Source: Schmidtea nova
Lineage: Eukaryota
DNA length: 64,000 bases
Assembly (NCBI GenBank): GCA_044892505.1
Contig: CM097883.1
Location: 114,142,001 to 114,206,000, forward strand
Reading direction: 5' to 3'
The translations under genes were made by a program, and so were the position numbers. Positions 22,633 to 36,186 of the stretch are shown piece by piece; the first letter of the stretch is position 1, and every line of letters begins with the position of its first letter. Under the pieces are notes generated by a model. That model worked only from the letters and a program-made list of their open reading frames with translations. It was not told where the DNA came from and ran no database searches.

Positions 22633-23436
22633 ATGGATGACTGTGATTCACATAGTGACAACTTCGCCGATTTTATGCCTGTTTGGAAACTAGATGTTGT
22701 CAAATTTAATCACAATCCAATAATTCCAGAAAGTTTTAGAATGTTGATTGTTGGTCCATCTGGTAGTGGTAAAACAATACTACTTAAAAAAATATTACTA
22801 ACACCAGATTATCTAGATTATGATAATTTGATTATATTTTCAAAAACTATAACACAACCAGAAATGCAAATAATATTTCATGGTTTTAATAATAGTCTAA
22901 CAAAACAAGATTTAATTTATATTTTTAAAAATCAAAATACATTTCAAGATACATCAACCCCTGTAGGCGTGACTTTGTCCACAAAAATAATTTGTGAATC
23001 TCTTGCAGAAATAAAAAACTCACCAAAACCAATAATTAATGTAACCATGTCAAACAAATATTATGAAATTCCTGCATGTGATACATTAAAAACAAATAAA
23101 AAGAATTTGATAGTTTTTGATGATTGTGTAAACGATAAAAATCAAGAAATAATGGAATCATATTTTACTCGTGGAATACATAATAAATGTAATTGTATAT
23201 ACTTGAGTCAAAATTATTATGATTTACCAAGTAGAAGTACACGAGGTAATTCTAAATTTTTTGTATTTTTTCAACTAAGTAAAAGAAATAAAGACAACAT
23301 TTATTCAGACTTGTTTTCAAACATTATTGAAAAGAATGATTTTAATTTATTAAATAGTCATCTTGCAACAAAACACAATTTTATAGCTTTGGATAAAGAG
23401 AAACATCAATTATTCAATAATTTTTATAAAATCTAA
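22633..23436 (+). CDS. Packaging ATPase (A32/FtsK-like)
   Basis: FRMLIVGPSGSGKT Walker A, LIVFDD Walker B, RG(I)H...IYLSQNY. Confidence 0.9.
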   Translation: MDDCDSHSDNFADFMPVWKLDVVKFNHNPIIPESFRMLIVGPSGSGKTILLKKILLTPDYLDYDNLIIFSKTITQPEMQIIFHGFNNSLTKQDLIYIFKNQNTFQDTSTPVGVTLSTKIICESLAEIKNSPKPIINVTMSNKYYEIPACDTLKTNKKNLIVFDDCVNDKNQEIMESYFTRGIHNKCNCIYLSQNYYDLPSRSTRGNSKFFVFFQLSKRNKDNIYSDLFSNIIEKNDFNLLNSHLATKHNFIALDKEKHQLFNNFYKI

Positions 23437-23748
23437 AATTGAAGAATACTTGAAACTCAACATGTTTACTAGAGATGAAAGTTGTTTATTGGTATAACCA
23501 GCACTTTGTGCATTTTCAAGTTGAACTTGAAAATGCACAAAGTGCTGGTTATACCAATAAACAACTTTCATCTCTAGTAAACATGTTGAGTTTCAAGTAT
23601 TCTTCAATTTTAGATTTTAGTTCTGAAAAGTCTGAATTCGAAGCAAGATTTCCAAAATATAACAGAAGAAAATAACAAACTTACACTTGGTATAGATTCT
23701 CTTTTACACAAGATTACAATTACTCCTGGTACATATGAATTACCTGCC

Positions 23749-24354
23749 TTGTTCAAAACAATTGAAAAAACAATAGAAAAAACAAAAACTCAACCAGTTC
23801 CATTACACTCTAAGGAACTGTGTGCGTCAGACCCGGGGCTTTACCCATCATTCGATAAATCTCCAGTAAAATTTGAATTTGATATTCCTACAGCAAAAGT
23901 AAAAATGAATATAATGGATAATTATAAAATTCAATTTGGAACAGCTGAAGAAAAACAACACCCACAAAGTGGAAGCACTCAGCGGAACTGCGCTCACCTC
24001 GGACAAGTACTTGGTTTTGATAATACTACAAGATACAGAGGAGAAGTTGTTGGTGAAAATTATGTAAATATAAGTAATATTACTTCAGTCAATTTATCTT
24101 GTGATATTGTAGAAGGTTCTTATTATAATGGAAAAAGAACCAATTATTTGTATATTTTTCCATATGGAACTGTTGGTCATGGTTACAGAATTGTTCAATA
24201 TAATACAACTCCAATATATTTACCAATCACCATCAAGACAATAAGTAGTATTACTTTTAGAATACAAGATCAAAATGAAAAGTTGATAAATTTTAATAAT
24301 GAAAATATTTTTTTTTCTTGTCATCTTAGGCAAGTTGTAAATGGGGGTAATTAA
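23749..24354 (+). CDS. Minor capsid/penton-like protein (C-terminal part; N-terminal fragments from ~23440)
   Basis: ITSVNLSCDIVEGSYYNGK...PIYLPI...ISSITFRIQDQNEKLINFNNE...CHLR pattern. Confidence 0.65.
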   Translation: MFKTIEKTIEKTKTQPVPLHSKELCASDPGLYPSFDKSPVKFEFDIPTAKVKMNIMDNYKIQFGTAEEKQHPQSGSTQRNCAHLGQVLGFDNTTRYRGEVVGENYVNISNITSVNLSCDIVEGSYYNGKRTNYLYIFPYGTVGHGYRIVQYNTTPIYLPITIKTISSITFRIQDQNEKLINFNNENIFFSCHLRQVVNGGN

Positions 24355-24773
24355 TAAATTTATAGAAAAATATGGAACAAGTACAACAACAAATTTTGAT
24401 TTGAAAAGAATTTGTAGAGATTTACAAGTGCAAGTTGCAATAATAATGTCTGATGAAATAAAATACTACTCGCAAAAACCAAATTTAATTATTAATTTAC
24501 AAAATACAAATCAAAAAGGAAGTCATTGGGTATTGTTTTCAAACAAACACAAGGTTTATTTTGATTCTTTTGGAATTGCTCCTATTAAAGGTATTGGAGA
24601 TTTTATTTCGGGCACATTTTTTATACAATACAATTCAAATACAACCAAATAATACAAAAATATGTGGGCAATTGTGTTGTTTTGTGCTTGATCAACTAGA
24701 ACGGCAGAGCCGCAGCTCCGCTGAACGGCAGAGCCTCCGATTTGAAGAAATAATACTAAAATTATTAAATTAA
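24341..24773 (+). pseudogene. Adenain-like cysteine maturation protease, frameshifted
   Basis: IINL...GSHWV, YFDSFG in one frame; QIQ...ICGQLC in the next. Confidence 0.85.
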
Positions 24774-24774
24774 A

Positions 24775-25780
24775 ATGAGTATTGTTATGGCTGTTGATCG
24801 TGGTGGATCAATTCCATCTATTAATACTGATGATGTAATGTTGAAATCTGAAAATAGATTTGTAAACGAAAGTGGTGATTTTAAGAAGGGGAATTTAAAC
24901 ATGAATGGTAACAAAATTATTGGTGTTGATGAACCAACAAATGATAATCAAGTTGTAAATAAAAAATATGTAGATTATTTTGTAAAATGTTAAAAAAAGA
25001 AATAAATGTTTTGTTGACAGATGTTCCTTTATTATTTACACAGAATAGAAAATTAGATGAAAAGATGCAACTATTAAAACAAGATTATAAAAAACAAAAA
25101 GAAGAATCCAACAAGAAAATAAATACACTAGAACAAGAAAATAAAAAACTAAATAATACAACCAAGATATGTAAGGAATTAACCGAAAGAGTTTCTCAAG
25201 AATTGGGATCATTACGCGATCAAGTAAAAATGTTGAAAGATGAGCGCAGCTCCACTGATAAGGAAAATTTAAAGTTGAAATTTATAACTCGAGAAGAATA
25301 CAAAAATGAAGAAAAAAGAAGTGTAAACATGAAAATTTTAAATGATTCTATAAATAAAAAATATATTAATAGTGAAATTTATAAATTTAAAGAAACAATG
25401 TATGCAATAACAAATGAAATGATAAAATCATTCAATACAAGATTTCTAAGAATAGAATCACATAGTACACACATTAGTAATAATCATGATATTAGAAAGA
25501 GAAGTGCAGAATTGAAAGAAAATCATAATTTATTACCTAGCACATTTACACACACATTAAATCTTTAGATCCAATATCTCTACGAGATGCGGGATGGTCA
25601 TTTCATGTTGTAGTAAAGATTATTCAACCACACTATATTGTATTTAATAATGATAATGGTGTTTTAACATTTTTTTCAAAAGATCCTTCTAAAGAAGCAA
25701 CAGGTGCCAAGATTGGTGATGTTATTATATGTGGGTTGGTATCAATAGGTGGCGATGTATATTTTGATGGGAAAAAATAG
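24775..25780 (+). pseudogene. Fibre-like/coiled-coil virion protein, fragmented
   Basis: SGD...GNLNMNGNKIIGVDEPTNDNQVVNKKYVD fibre-type repeat followed by coiled coil. Confidence 0.5.
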
Positions 25781-26329
25781 ATAAAAAGTTTCATTCTATT
25801 AATATTAGTAAGATTCGTTTTTCTACTGGTATAGTAGAATATATTGATTTTTTATTTTATGATAAAGTAGTTGATGATCAAGAAGTTCAAAATACTTTGA
25901 AAAATATATATGGTCACATGTTGACACCAAGAGATCATGTTTTGGCAGTAATAGAAAACAAAGTATATTATTATTAAATTATTATAAAAGATGGGTGCAG
26001 CTGTAAACAAAAAATATGGAATTATTAGAACAAGAAATTAAAAAAGGATGAATTTGATGATAAAACAAAAATAATGATTAAATCATTAAATTCACATGTT
26101 GAAACCTCGAGACCATGAATTTTTTCTACAAAAATGGAAGAGATAAAAGAAGATTTTATTCATCCAGAAGTCCACATGCGTTACCCAAATTTGGAAAAAA
26201 TATATCAACAGAGCTTTTTAGAAAATACAACCAAGTTTGAGCGCAGCTCCGCTGAAAATAATAACAACAAAAGGCAAAGCCCTGGTTACACAAACAAAAA
26301 AAAGTGCACCAGTGTTGGAAAATAATAAC

Positions 26330-26828
26330 CACAAATCTACCAACACCTTGTATGAAAAATATAAATAAAGTAAAATTAATGAATTCTTGGGTGAAAAGAA
26401 ACAACTTGAAGATTTGTTATCACACTATAAAAAATAATACATAGGTGGACTAGCGCAGATTCATCAATTAAAATGGCTGGTATTGGTTTAGGATTTCTTC
26501 TTACTTGTTGTTCTATTGTTATTGCTCCATTGAGTAGTGTTGGTTTAGAAACTGCGGCTTTTATTACAAGTTCTGTTAGTGGTGGATAAGTGCTCTTGAT
26601 TTGTTTTTGACAGAAGCAGTTTCTATTGGTTTGACTAGTAAAAAGAAACAGATCTATCGTGAAGTATGTCTGAAATTGGAACTTGGTATAAACAAATTAT
26701 ATCTATATAAAAACAAAGCCATAAGTGATGATAATTTGACAGATGGAGAAATTGAAACTAGTAAAATTATTATACAAGAAATTATTGCCGAGGTAAATAA
26801 AATAAAGTACTCGAAAGAAGTAAATTAA
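26330..26828 (+). pseudogene. Hydrophobic Polinton-type ORF, disrupted
   Basis: AGIGLGFLLTCCSIVIAPLSSVGLETAAFI followed by NKAISDDNLTDGEI. Confidence 0.4.
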
Positions 26829-26923
26829 GAAATAAAACTTGTTAGAAAACAATAAAACAAAATTTGAGTGACAAGATGAAACAAGATTTCAAATCAAAAT
26901 TGAAAAAATTAAATGAAATATAA

Positions 26924-29900
26924 TTATAAAATCAATGTCTGGGTTTTTTCATATGAAAAATTATAATAAATATCCAAATCAGTCAAGGTTGTATTTAATT
27001 TTTTATTTATTTCATTTAATTTTTTTATTACAACTATTTTATAATGTCCATGTTTTAATGTTGTTATACCATCAGACAAAATAAATCTTTTATCATCATA
27101 ATTTTCAAGAGCTTTTTTGTTTTGCTCAATCAAATATATATCATGTTCTTTGTTCTGAATCCCGTGGACAACAACATTGAATGGATCATTATTGAACACT
27201 TCTCCAAGAGGATTATTTGATATACATTTTTCATATTCATGGTAATATATTTGTTTTTCTAGAGTACTCTTTTGAATTCCCTTGTTCTTTTTTCTCTTTT
27301 CCTTCTTCTGTTTTGTAGGAATATTGTTTTGCTCTAACAAATATCGCTTCTTTTATAGGATCTTTGGGTGAATCATCCTTATATGAAAACAAGACTCCAC
27401 TAACATTAATTGTTGGAATTTTTTCCAATTATTGTTTTATATTATTTGAATGAATTACAAGAAAGTTGGAATCAGTATCCATATAAGGTAGTGATATCCT
27501 TTCTCCAAAATTTGGTAATAATTGTTGATAGTACATTTCATACATTTGAAGTTTTGACAACTCCAATATTGCAAAACCTAAATAAATTGGTTTATTATAC
27601 GTCTTTTGGTAATTTCCAATTTCAAGAGCCATTAATTCATCAGAAAATTGTTGTCCACCTTTAAATGTTGGTCTTGACATTATTTTTTGTGCTAGTTCCC
27701 AATTCTTTGAGTTGTATAATTTTATATTTCTACGCTTATCAAGATTTTTCATAGTCTTTCCAAATACTGCATTATTCAACAATTTGAAAATCTCGTATCC
27801 CAAATTTTCCCCTTTATTTTTTGCAATATTTCTTTTTAAAATATTATCTTTGATATAATTCATCATCCAAGGAGATTGTTTAAAAGAAATTATATTATGA
27901 ACATGTTTTAAGATCATTCCTTGTTGAATATAAAACTGTAAATTTCTATAATGAACCAGATATTTTCTTTTATCTGTTGATCACAAATTAGTTTTTCTGT
28001 AGGGGGTTTGTCTTGTTGTTTTATTTTTTGTTGAAATTCAGATAATTCATGATATTCTATTCTTCTTCTTGTTGGACAAAATGGAAAGTTTTTTGTCTTG
28101 TCGTGTAATTCTTGTGGATAATCAAGATCTACTTCTAAGTATTTCCTCTGTTGGTTCTTGCCATTTAAAATCTCCATATGGCATGTATTGTGTCATTATA
28201 CCAGAATATAATGCAGTTGCATCAATATAAAAGATGTGAGATTCCATATTCATGTGTTTAAATTCGGTATGTAAATTTAATAATATTTTACCACTTCTTT
28301 TTGCCTCTGCTTTTGCTTCTTCCAGAGTTTTTTTGTTAAAAGTATTAATTGTTCTTGATCCCATTACAGAAGATATACATGTTTAAATTATCTAATAAAT
28401 TTAGTGTTTGTTTCGATGTATATAGTAAAACTTGCCAAGCAAGTGATGGCCCAGAAACAAAATGAGCTGGATCAATTGAAAATGTTTTTCTAAATTTTTC
28501 AAAACAATCTGCTAAAATGTATACATCTGACCTGAGATACAAATCATTATAATCACCAAAAGTTTTACAATTAAACAAGTTCCACATTTTTAATGCTCTT
28601 TCATATTCTTGTTTTGATATATTACTTTGGTGTAAAATGGAAAAAAAGTCACCATGTGGTGGTAAATGTTTATTATTAAATTTTTCAAAAGAATCAACCC
28701 AATCATATGGAAATATTCCTTTTTCTCTACACAAGTCAAAATTTTCGGATTGTTTCCACTCAACAAGTTTTTGTTTTAAAATTACAAATTCATCATTTTG
28801 TAGGGCCTTTCCGGCATTATCTAAAGACATTCCTGGGGGAAAAAATCTTAATGAATCAATAAATTTTAAACATCCCCATTGAACAGAAATGTATCCTTCT
28901 TTTGTTTTTCCAATTATTTTGAAAGTATTTTTATCATTTTTGGCAAGTGCTTTAATATATACAAATGAACATAATTTGATCCATTTGAAATACTACTGGT
29001 ATTACTTTTGATCTTTGACATGACAAATTACAAGAATTGTGTACATAACCTCTAAACTTACCATTAAAATGATCATGATCAACAACTGGAGTTTCATCGT
29101 CTTTAATTTTTTCTTGACACATCCAACAAGTTGTTTCTGAATCAAGTGGTGGAACTGGATCAATTAATGGTTTATTTGTGTTATATCCCTGTGGTCCCTT
29201 TCCAACAATAGAATTGAATTTATTTTCCAAATCATTTACTGTTTTGACAAAATGTTACAAAGTATCCTCTGAAGATGTTCCTCTATAAAATGCCTCTGTT
29301 TCTATATTATTTTCTGAAATATATTGTGGATACAAATCTTTGCAATTGTTTGTAAACAATCCATAAACATTTATTCTAAGATTATTCAACTTTTCAAAAT
29401 CTGATACATGTCCTATTTTCATTGGAAATTCCAAATTACCAAAATTTAGTGTATTTAAAAATGGTTGATATTTTGAAATTCGGTTTGGATTCTTGTGGGG
29501 TGGGTGTAAATGTGCCAAAATAGAATATTCAAAACCTCTATTGTCCTCATTTTTAACATTTATCAAATAGTTTGATTTAAACCTTAGTGGAATATATGAT
29601 TTTCCATTTAATGGTTTTATTTTCCAACACTCGATTTGCAAATTTCCCATTGAATACAAAACTAAATCACTTGGATTTATTTCTTCTTGTAATCTTTCCA
29701 TATTATCTTCTAGTTGTGAAATTATTCTATCAACAACTACTCCTTTTTTTATTCTTTTATAAACATGTTGGTGGTTAGTTGTAATTTTTGATTTTAAACA
29801 ATTTTCTCCCGTATTATGTCTAGCATATCTAAGTTCAAGATTTACATTCCACTTCATAAATTTAAATCTTTTAACTGTTTTTGTAAGAAATCTTGTAATC

Positions 29901-30301
29901 TCTTTACGAAGTTCAAAAACGTATGATCTAATTGTTATGGGTACTTTTAATTGTCGCCCAATTTCTCCAGAAACATACAAATCACCAAAGTTTTTCTCTG
30001 GTTCTTGGTGATGATTTTCTAAATGTAAATCAAGTCCAATCTTTGTCGTAAATTTTTTACAAACATCACAATATATAAAAGTTGGAGTTTTTTTCTCTAC
30101 ACCTATACATATAGCCTCGTGTACTCTTATACCACTTTTTAAATATCTAACTTTACATTTTCTACAGATTGTTGAGTTGGTATTATCCAATTGTTCAAAA
30201 TTTCTCAAATGATTTTTTGATTTTTTATGAGAAATGAATGCAGAATTTCTTGTAAATCTTTTGTTGCAAATTTCACAATAAAAGTTTGGAGTACTCGACA
30301 T
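26924..30301 (-). pseudogene. polB: Protein-primed family B DNA polymerase, multiply frameshifted, with N-terminal Zn fingers and an endonuclease-VII-like Zn domain
   Basis: GKSYIPL, INVKNED, DHDHFNGKFRG...CNL, FPYDW, YLRSDV, YIDATALY, KLLNNAVFGK, YMDTDS. Confidence 0.92.
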
Positions 30302-31579
30302 TTATTTTTAAATGTATTTTTTTTATCATGTTTTTTATTTTATGAATTATTTTATTATTTTAGACTAACAGAGCTGCGTTCAACACGTATAGTATTGTCT
30401 AAACCACTCCGAAACCTCTTGACCCTCAAACATTTTCCACCACATTACATTCGTATAATAAAAACACACATATTATCAAATTTAATTTTTTGTCAAGCTG
30501 ATGAATTTTGATAATTTTTCATGTTTTTATTATTTTTATGTGTTCTGGCCTGTTGGGGTGGAGGTGTGCTGGTAGCGGGTGNNNNNNNNNNNNNNNNNNN
30601 NNNNNNNNNNNNNNNNNNNNNNNNNNNNNNNNNNNNNNNNNNNNNNNNNNNNNNNNNNNNNNNNNNNNNNNNNNNNNNNNNNNNNNNNNNNNNNNNNNNN
30701 NNNNNNNNNNNNNNNNNNNNNNNNNNNAAATTACTTTGACTTAAATTTACTTTTGAATCTTATAATAAATTTTAGTAAACATATCTAAATTTTTTCAATT
30801 AAAATTGATATTTTTCCAAATTGAATTTGTCGGGAAAATATAGTTAGTTACACAATCAATTTTATACTAATTAATTAAAACTTATTTAAAATGTATTTAT
30901 TTAAAATGTATTGAAGATTGACTACATTACTGAGTTCCAAAATCATTTAATATCATGTAATTATATAATATCAGTATTGATAAATTTTAAATAAAATAGC
31001 CGCAAACTTCTTAGTTCAATAAAACTTACTCAAATATGTCGTTAATTTTGAAATAACTCTTAAGAATATCTTAAAATCCCCAATTAAAACGTGAAAATTT
31101 AATCAATTCTCATTAATCTTGATATTATTAATATCTGTACTAAATTATCACATAATCCATCATTGAAAATTACATTATTATTCTGGTAAATTAAAAAAAT
31201 CAGTAAATTTATTAAATTGTTAATAAAAATATACGTTGTCATATATGTTTAAATTTAGTTAGAATAAATTGTATTTGATTTTAGCAAATATTTAGTTTAT
31301 TTCGGTAAAAAAATTATTTGAATTATTGCCAAAAAAAAGTCATGGTAACTAAATATAATTATAATATTATGATTTCAATTTTAATTTAGAATTAATTAAT
31401 TTGCATGATGATTACTGAATTTAATTTTAATGTAGAATTAAATACTGGTCATTTATATTTTGTGGAGACATTCCTATTACTAATTTAAAAAAAATCAAAA
31501 TTATTTAAAAAAATTTCAAATAATACCACATACCCATTAAAATCTAAATAATTTCTATTAAATATTAATGAATCAATAA

Positions 31580-31581
<2 letters not shown>

Positions 31582-31632
<51 letters not shown>
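31582..31632. repeat. (AT)n microsatellite
   Basis: About 25 uninterrupted AT units. Confidence 0.95.
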
Positions 31633-31637
<5 letters not shown>

Positions 31638-34600
31638 TTATTTATTTATATATTGAATATAGAATTAATTTACAAGAAATGCATTAAATATGATTGTACT
31701 GAAACATTCAAATAATTTATCAAACACTTCACTTGAGTGAAATCTATCTATAAGATAATGAGAAATATCATTATACAGTAATATCCAACTATGAAATTGA
31801 TGAATTGTCATGAAAATGCAAATTATGTCTGTATTATTTTTTGTAAATGGTATAAAAAACGGTTTGAATAAATCTTGGAAACAAAAGGTCTTTTAAAATC
31901 TTCAAACATTGGTCATGAAAAAGTCAATTAGAATTTACCTTACCTGAAGATAAAAATTTGATATTTCTTTAAAAATAATAACGTATCCATTTGTAGAGTT
32001 TAAGTAATTTTTATCAAAATAATGACACTCAAAGACTATTACCAATTTCTACTGAACGAATTTAAGATTTTCCTGGAAAATCATTATTTCTTCTTTTATT
32101 GGTAAAGAACGCGTATTGAAGAAAGTTGAGGATAAAACGATAAAATCTGTTTTCCATATTATATTGAAAGAGGTATTAAACCAATGAAATCACTTCCTAA
32201 ATTAATATTCTTTCAAAGTATTCAAAGATTATACACAAGAAAGGAAATTTCTATCATTTTACTGGAAATCATAGTGATTCTGCATGTTGCAAATGTAATT
32301 AATTGATAAAATAATAACGAAAAGTTAATTGAATAAGTAATTAAGGGAATAAGAAGTAATGAAATAAAAAAACGTAAAATAATGTACAAATATAAAAAAC
32401 CAAATATTTGAATATAGANNNNNNNNNNNNNNNNNNNNNNNNNNNNNNNNNNNNNNNNNNNNNNNNNNNNNNNNNNNNNNNNNNNNNNNNNNNNNNNNNN
32501 NNNNNNNNNNNNNNNNNNNNNNNNNNNNNNNNNNNNNNNNNNNNNNNNNNNNNNNNNNNNNNNNNNNNNNNNNNNNNNNNNNNNNNNNNNNNNNNNNNNN
32601 NNNNNNNNNNNNNNNNNNNNNNNNNNNNNNNNNNNNNNNNNNNNNNNNNNNNNNNNNNNNNNNNNNNNNNNNNNNNNNNNNNNNNNNNNNNNNNNNNNNN
32701 NNNNNNNNNNNNNNNNNNNNNNNNNNNNNNNNNNNNNNNNNNNNNNNNNNNNNNNNNNNNNNNNNNNNNNNNNNNNNNNNNNNNNNNNNNNNNNNNNNNN
32801 NNNNNNNNNNNNNNNNNNNNNNNNNNNNNNNNNNNNNNNNNNNNNNNNNNNNNNNNNNNNNNNNNNNNNNNNNNNNNNNNNNNNNNNNNNNNNNNNNNNA
32901 AGAGCACATACAACATACAAGTGTCAATGGAATTTACAATGAACATAAAGTAAACGAATAATTAACTTCATCGATCAAAAATAATGATAAATGAAAGATG
33001 ATATATGATTATTGAACCTATTACTCATTCTTGTTTGCCGATCAATCCAAAGCCGATCACAAAAATAGCGGCATACAGAAAACTGGCAACTCAAACGGTT
33101 TGAGAATGAATCGAAAAGAATCAAAATAGTTTTAACTTGTAACCTTATCATATGATCACATAAGGTCAAATTTGACAAGCGTCAAGTTAATGGAATTCGC
33201 TCAATTCAAACAAAATCTCAAATCCAAAATCAGTGTTTAGACCCTTTAATATCCAATTTATTTGACCTCAAAGAACAATTTCAAATGAAATTACCATTTC
33301 TCAGTTGATTTTAATGAACCACATTTTTTCAGTTAAATATATATTTTATATTTTTAAATTTAGAAGTTTATAATGTCAAAATAAATTTTATTTTCGAAAT
33401 TGTCCTTTAATATTTTTTGTAACATAATTTAAATATTCAAAACTCTAGTTTTCCAGTATTAACATAATTATCTTTTTGTTTCACTTTTGATCTTTTTTTA
33501 TATTAATATCAATAATTTCCATAAGACTATAGATCAAAATTTTTTTTAAACAAGTACACAATATTTCGGCACAGCCTTTATCAAATGTGTTATGGGTTTT
33601 AAAAAATGGTCATATAATTATTATTTCTCTTTGCTGTTGTTCAGCAAAGTCTTGAAACATTAATAATTCTACTGGGTTAGTCTTCATCAGGGGTTCTTAA
33701 CCGGTCTACACCATTGGTGAGTGAAGTTCTAATTTTACAAATTCAGTTTTAAATTCAAATGAAGCTAGTAAACTAAAATTTAAAAATTCATTTTTGTTAA
33801 CAAAAATTATTTTTTTCCACTAATACCCCGATTTTCAAGCATAAAGCAAGCATTGAGCAAAAGCAAGAACCGAAAAGTTGTTAACCATAAATTTATTTTT
33901 CAAATAAGAATTAATATTTACTATAAATAAATAATAAAACTAAGTATATTTGTTTTTTTTAAATTTATATAATTAATTAACTTTGGGTAGAGTGCGAAAA
34001 TACTTTAGGGGTACCGGTAGCGAAAAGCTTAGGAAGCATTCTATTAGATATTAACATTAGAACTAGTGAGGAATTTGGCTACCGCAAACTATCGAATGGA
34101 TAAATAGGCAGATGATTGATTCGGTCGCCCTTGTTAGTTCATTTGAAAATGTAGTCAATAATGCTGATAATAAAATATTCATTTATCCTTTATACGTACT
34201 TTCTTTAAATAGAATTAATATGCGTAAATGCTTATCCAATCAAAATGACTGATAGGTTAGTTCTAGTGTTAAAAAAACAATAAATGGACATTAGTTAATA
34301 TGCCATATTAATTTTACTATGATAAACTTTAAACTTCAGAAGATAAATATAAATAAATAATTCTTATTATAAATCTCAGTTGTTTCAAAAGATTTAACCA
34401 GTAAATTATATTTTGATATTTATAATTGTTTAAATTAAACGGATATTTTATGTTTTAAAGTTTAAATGTGTTTCTGATTATTATCAATGCAGTCAACCGT
34501 CCAATAAAACTGTACTTTGAGAACAAATTTATTATAAAAAACAGTGCAAAAAAAATTGAGATGAATAAAAATTTAAAGAACACTAATGACGATTTACTGA

Positions 34601-34932
34601 TAATTTTCATCCAACATGCATTCATGATATTTTATTTAAGTTTCTAAGACAAAAAAATGTTACGTTATAATTTTCGTCGTTTTTGTTAAATATATTTTTG
34701 AATTATTATAGCTTTAACCTAATCTAAATAAATGGGTTCTTGACTTTCCAAAGATAATTAGGTTTGAAATATTTGAATGATCATATCGTGGAGCTTGGCT
34801 TTGTAAAGAATAAAAAGATTTTTCTGTTTTTGAAGAAATATTTTAAAAATAAAAAATTAATCTTGGATAAAAAAGTAAAAAATTAAGAAAAAAACAAATT
34901 ATTTTACCACACACAAAAGACATCTTTATATA

Positions 34933-36186
34933 CAGGCCTGTAAAAAATAAATGTGGCCCTTGCATAGATTTCATCTTTTCATATTTACGCTGGTTACTTA
35001 TTATTCTTATGTTTCTAATTCCTGTTTAATAACTCGCTGATTATGACTGGTTAAACTTGTGCTGTACTATTCACACACTGACATACATATTATGCACATA
35101 CACTTGTAGCTGCAATAGGAATGAATGTCACGTTCTAAAAATAGTACATGTACTAAATATTTGCTTACAAAATGTATGTGCAACCCTGTCCTCATCATTA
35201 TTTCATTAGAGATGCTTCGATTATCACACGACAGAATTAAATTGATTACTCTGCAGATTGAGGGTTACAGTGTGCAAATTCTCATGTGCTGATTTCGCAT
35301 ATCGCATTCTAGTGTTAAACGTCTTGTGAAAAAATACCGAGGACATTGCACTGTGGATGATATGAAAAAGTGGTCGTACCAGAATATTTACAAAAAAAAG
35401 CTGTGTATGCAAGACTCCCTTCAGATATCTAGAAGATTTTAACAACGATGATCAACAAAGTATTGTGTCACACTACTGTTCGAAAGGTTAGAAACAGATT
35501 AATCAGCATATAATTTCATGGTATAATCGCTCAAAGAAAACCAATAAACAGTGCAGCAAACCAATACGAACGTGTAGCTTGGGCTAAAGCGAGAAATAAT
35601 TGAACATGAAGTCATTGGGAGCAGTGTTTCAGCGCAAAACTACCATTCATCTTTTTCCTAACAATTGACGTTAAATGTTTGCTTAAAAATTCGTCTTTTA
35701 AAACCTCAAAATGCCCAATCACGATTTCATTCAAGGCGACTCGTTCATTGTGTGGGGCGATTCACAGGAGTTGGTTAAACAGCTCTGGCTCATGTTGATG
35801 GAAACATAAATACTTCCATTTACATTGCCATCCTTCAGTCGCATTTGCTTCCACTACAGCTACCACAATTCACTATTACATTTATGCTACTGCTCAAAAG
35901 TCGAACAATGCGTTGACTCCACGAACATAATCTCAATCTAAACCCTATTGAAAATATTTGGGCTGATATTAAGCAAAAAATTGTAGAATTTCGAAACTCA
36001 CGGGAAACTTGACTTGTGGCTTGCTGCACAACAAATATGGAATGAATATCTTACTGACTGTTTTACAAAGTTTGCACACAACCCCATCACGAATTGCCAT
36101 TGTCATTGATACATATGACTCTAATACACAATTTTAGTTAATAAATACACTTTATGCAGGGACCGCGTTTCTTTTTTCCAGGTCTG
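34933..36186 (+). mobile_element. Tc1-like DNA transposon, decayed
   Basis: TA-flanked imperfect TIRs (caggcctgtaaaaaataaatgtggccc / gggaccgcgtttcttttttccaggtctg); RKVRNRL...AQRKP...RVAWAK, FIVWG, LNPIENIW remnants. Confidence 0.85.

Larger units (their letters stand above)
20305..30581. mobile_element. Polinton/Maverick (adintovirus-like) remnant 2
   Basis: Integrase, packaging ATPase, penton-like, cysteine protease, fibre-like and protein-primed PolB genes; termini hidden by gaps or deletion. Confidence 0.9.

Noticed and set aside
31700-32420. Possible multi-TM host gene or pseudogene on the minus strand next to a gap
   Set aside because: Multiple stops, hydrophobicity explained by AT richness, no recognisable family
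33680-34050. hAT-type MITE (caggggttcttaacc start); similar relic near 7750-7880
   Set aside because: The second TIR is too degenerate and no TSD could be established
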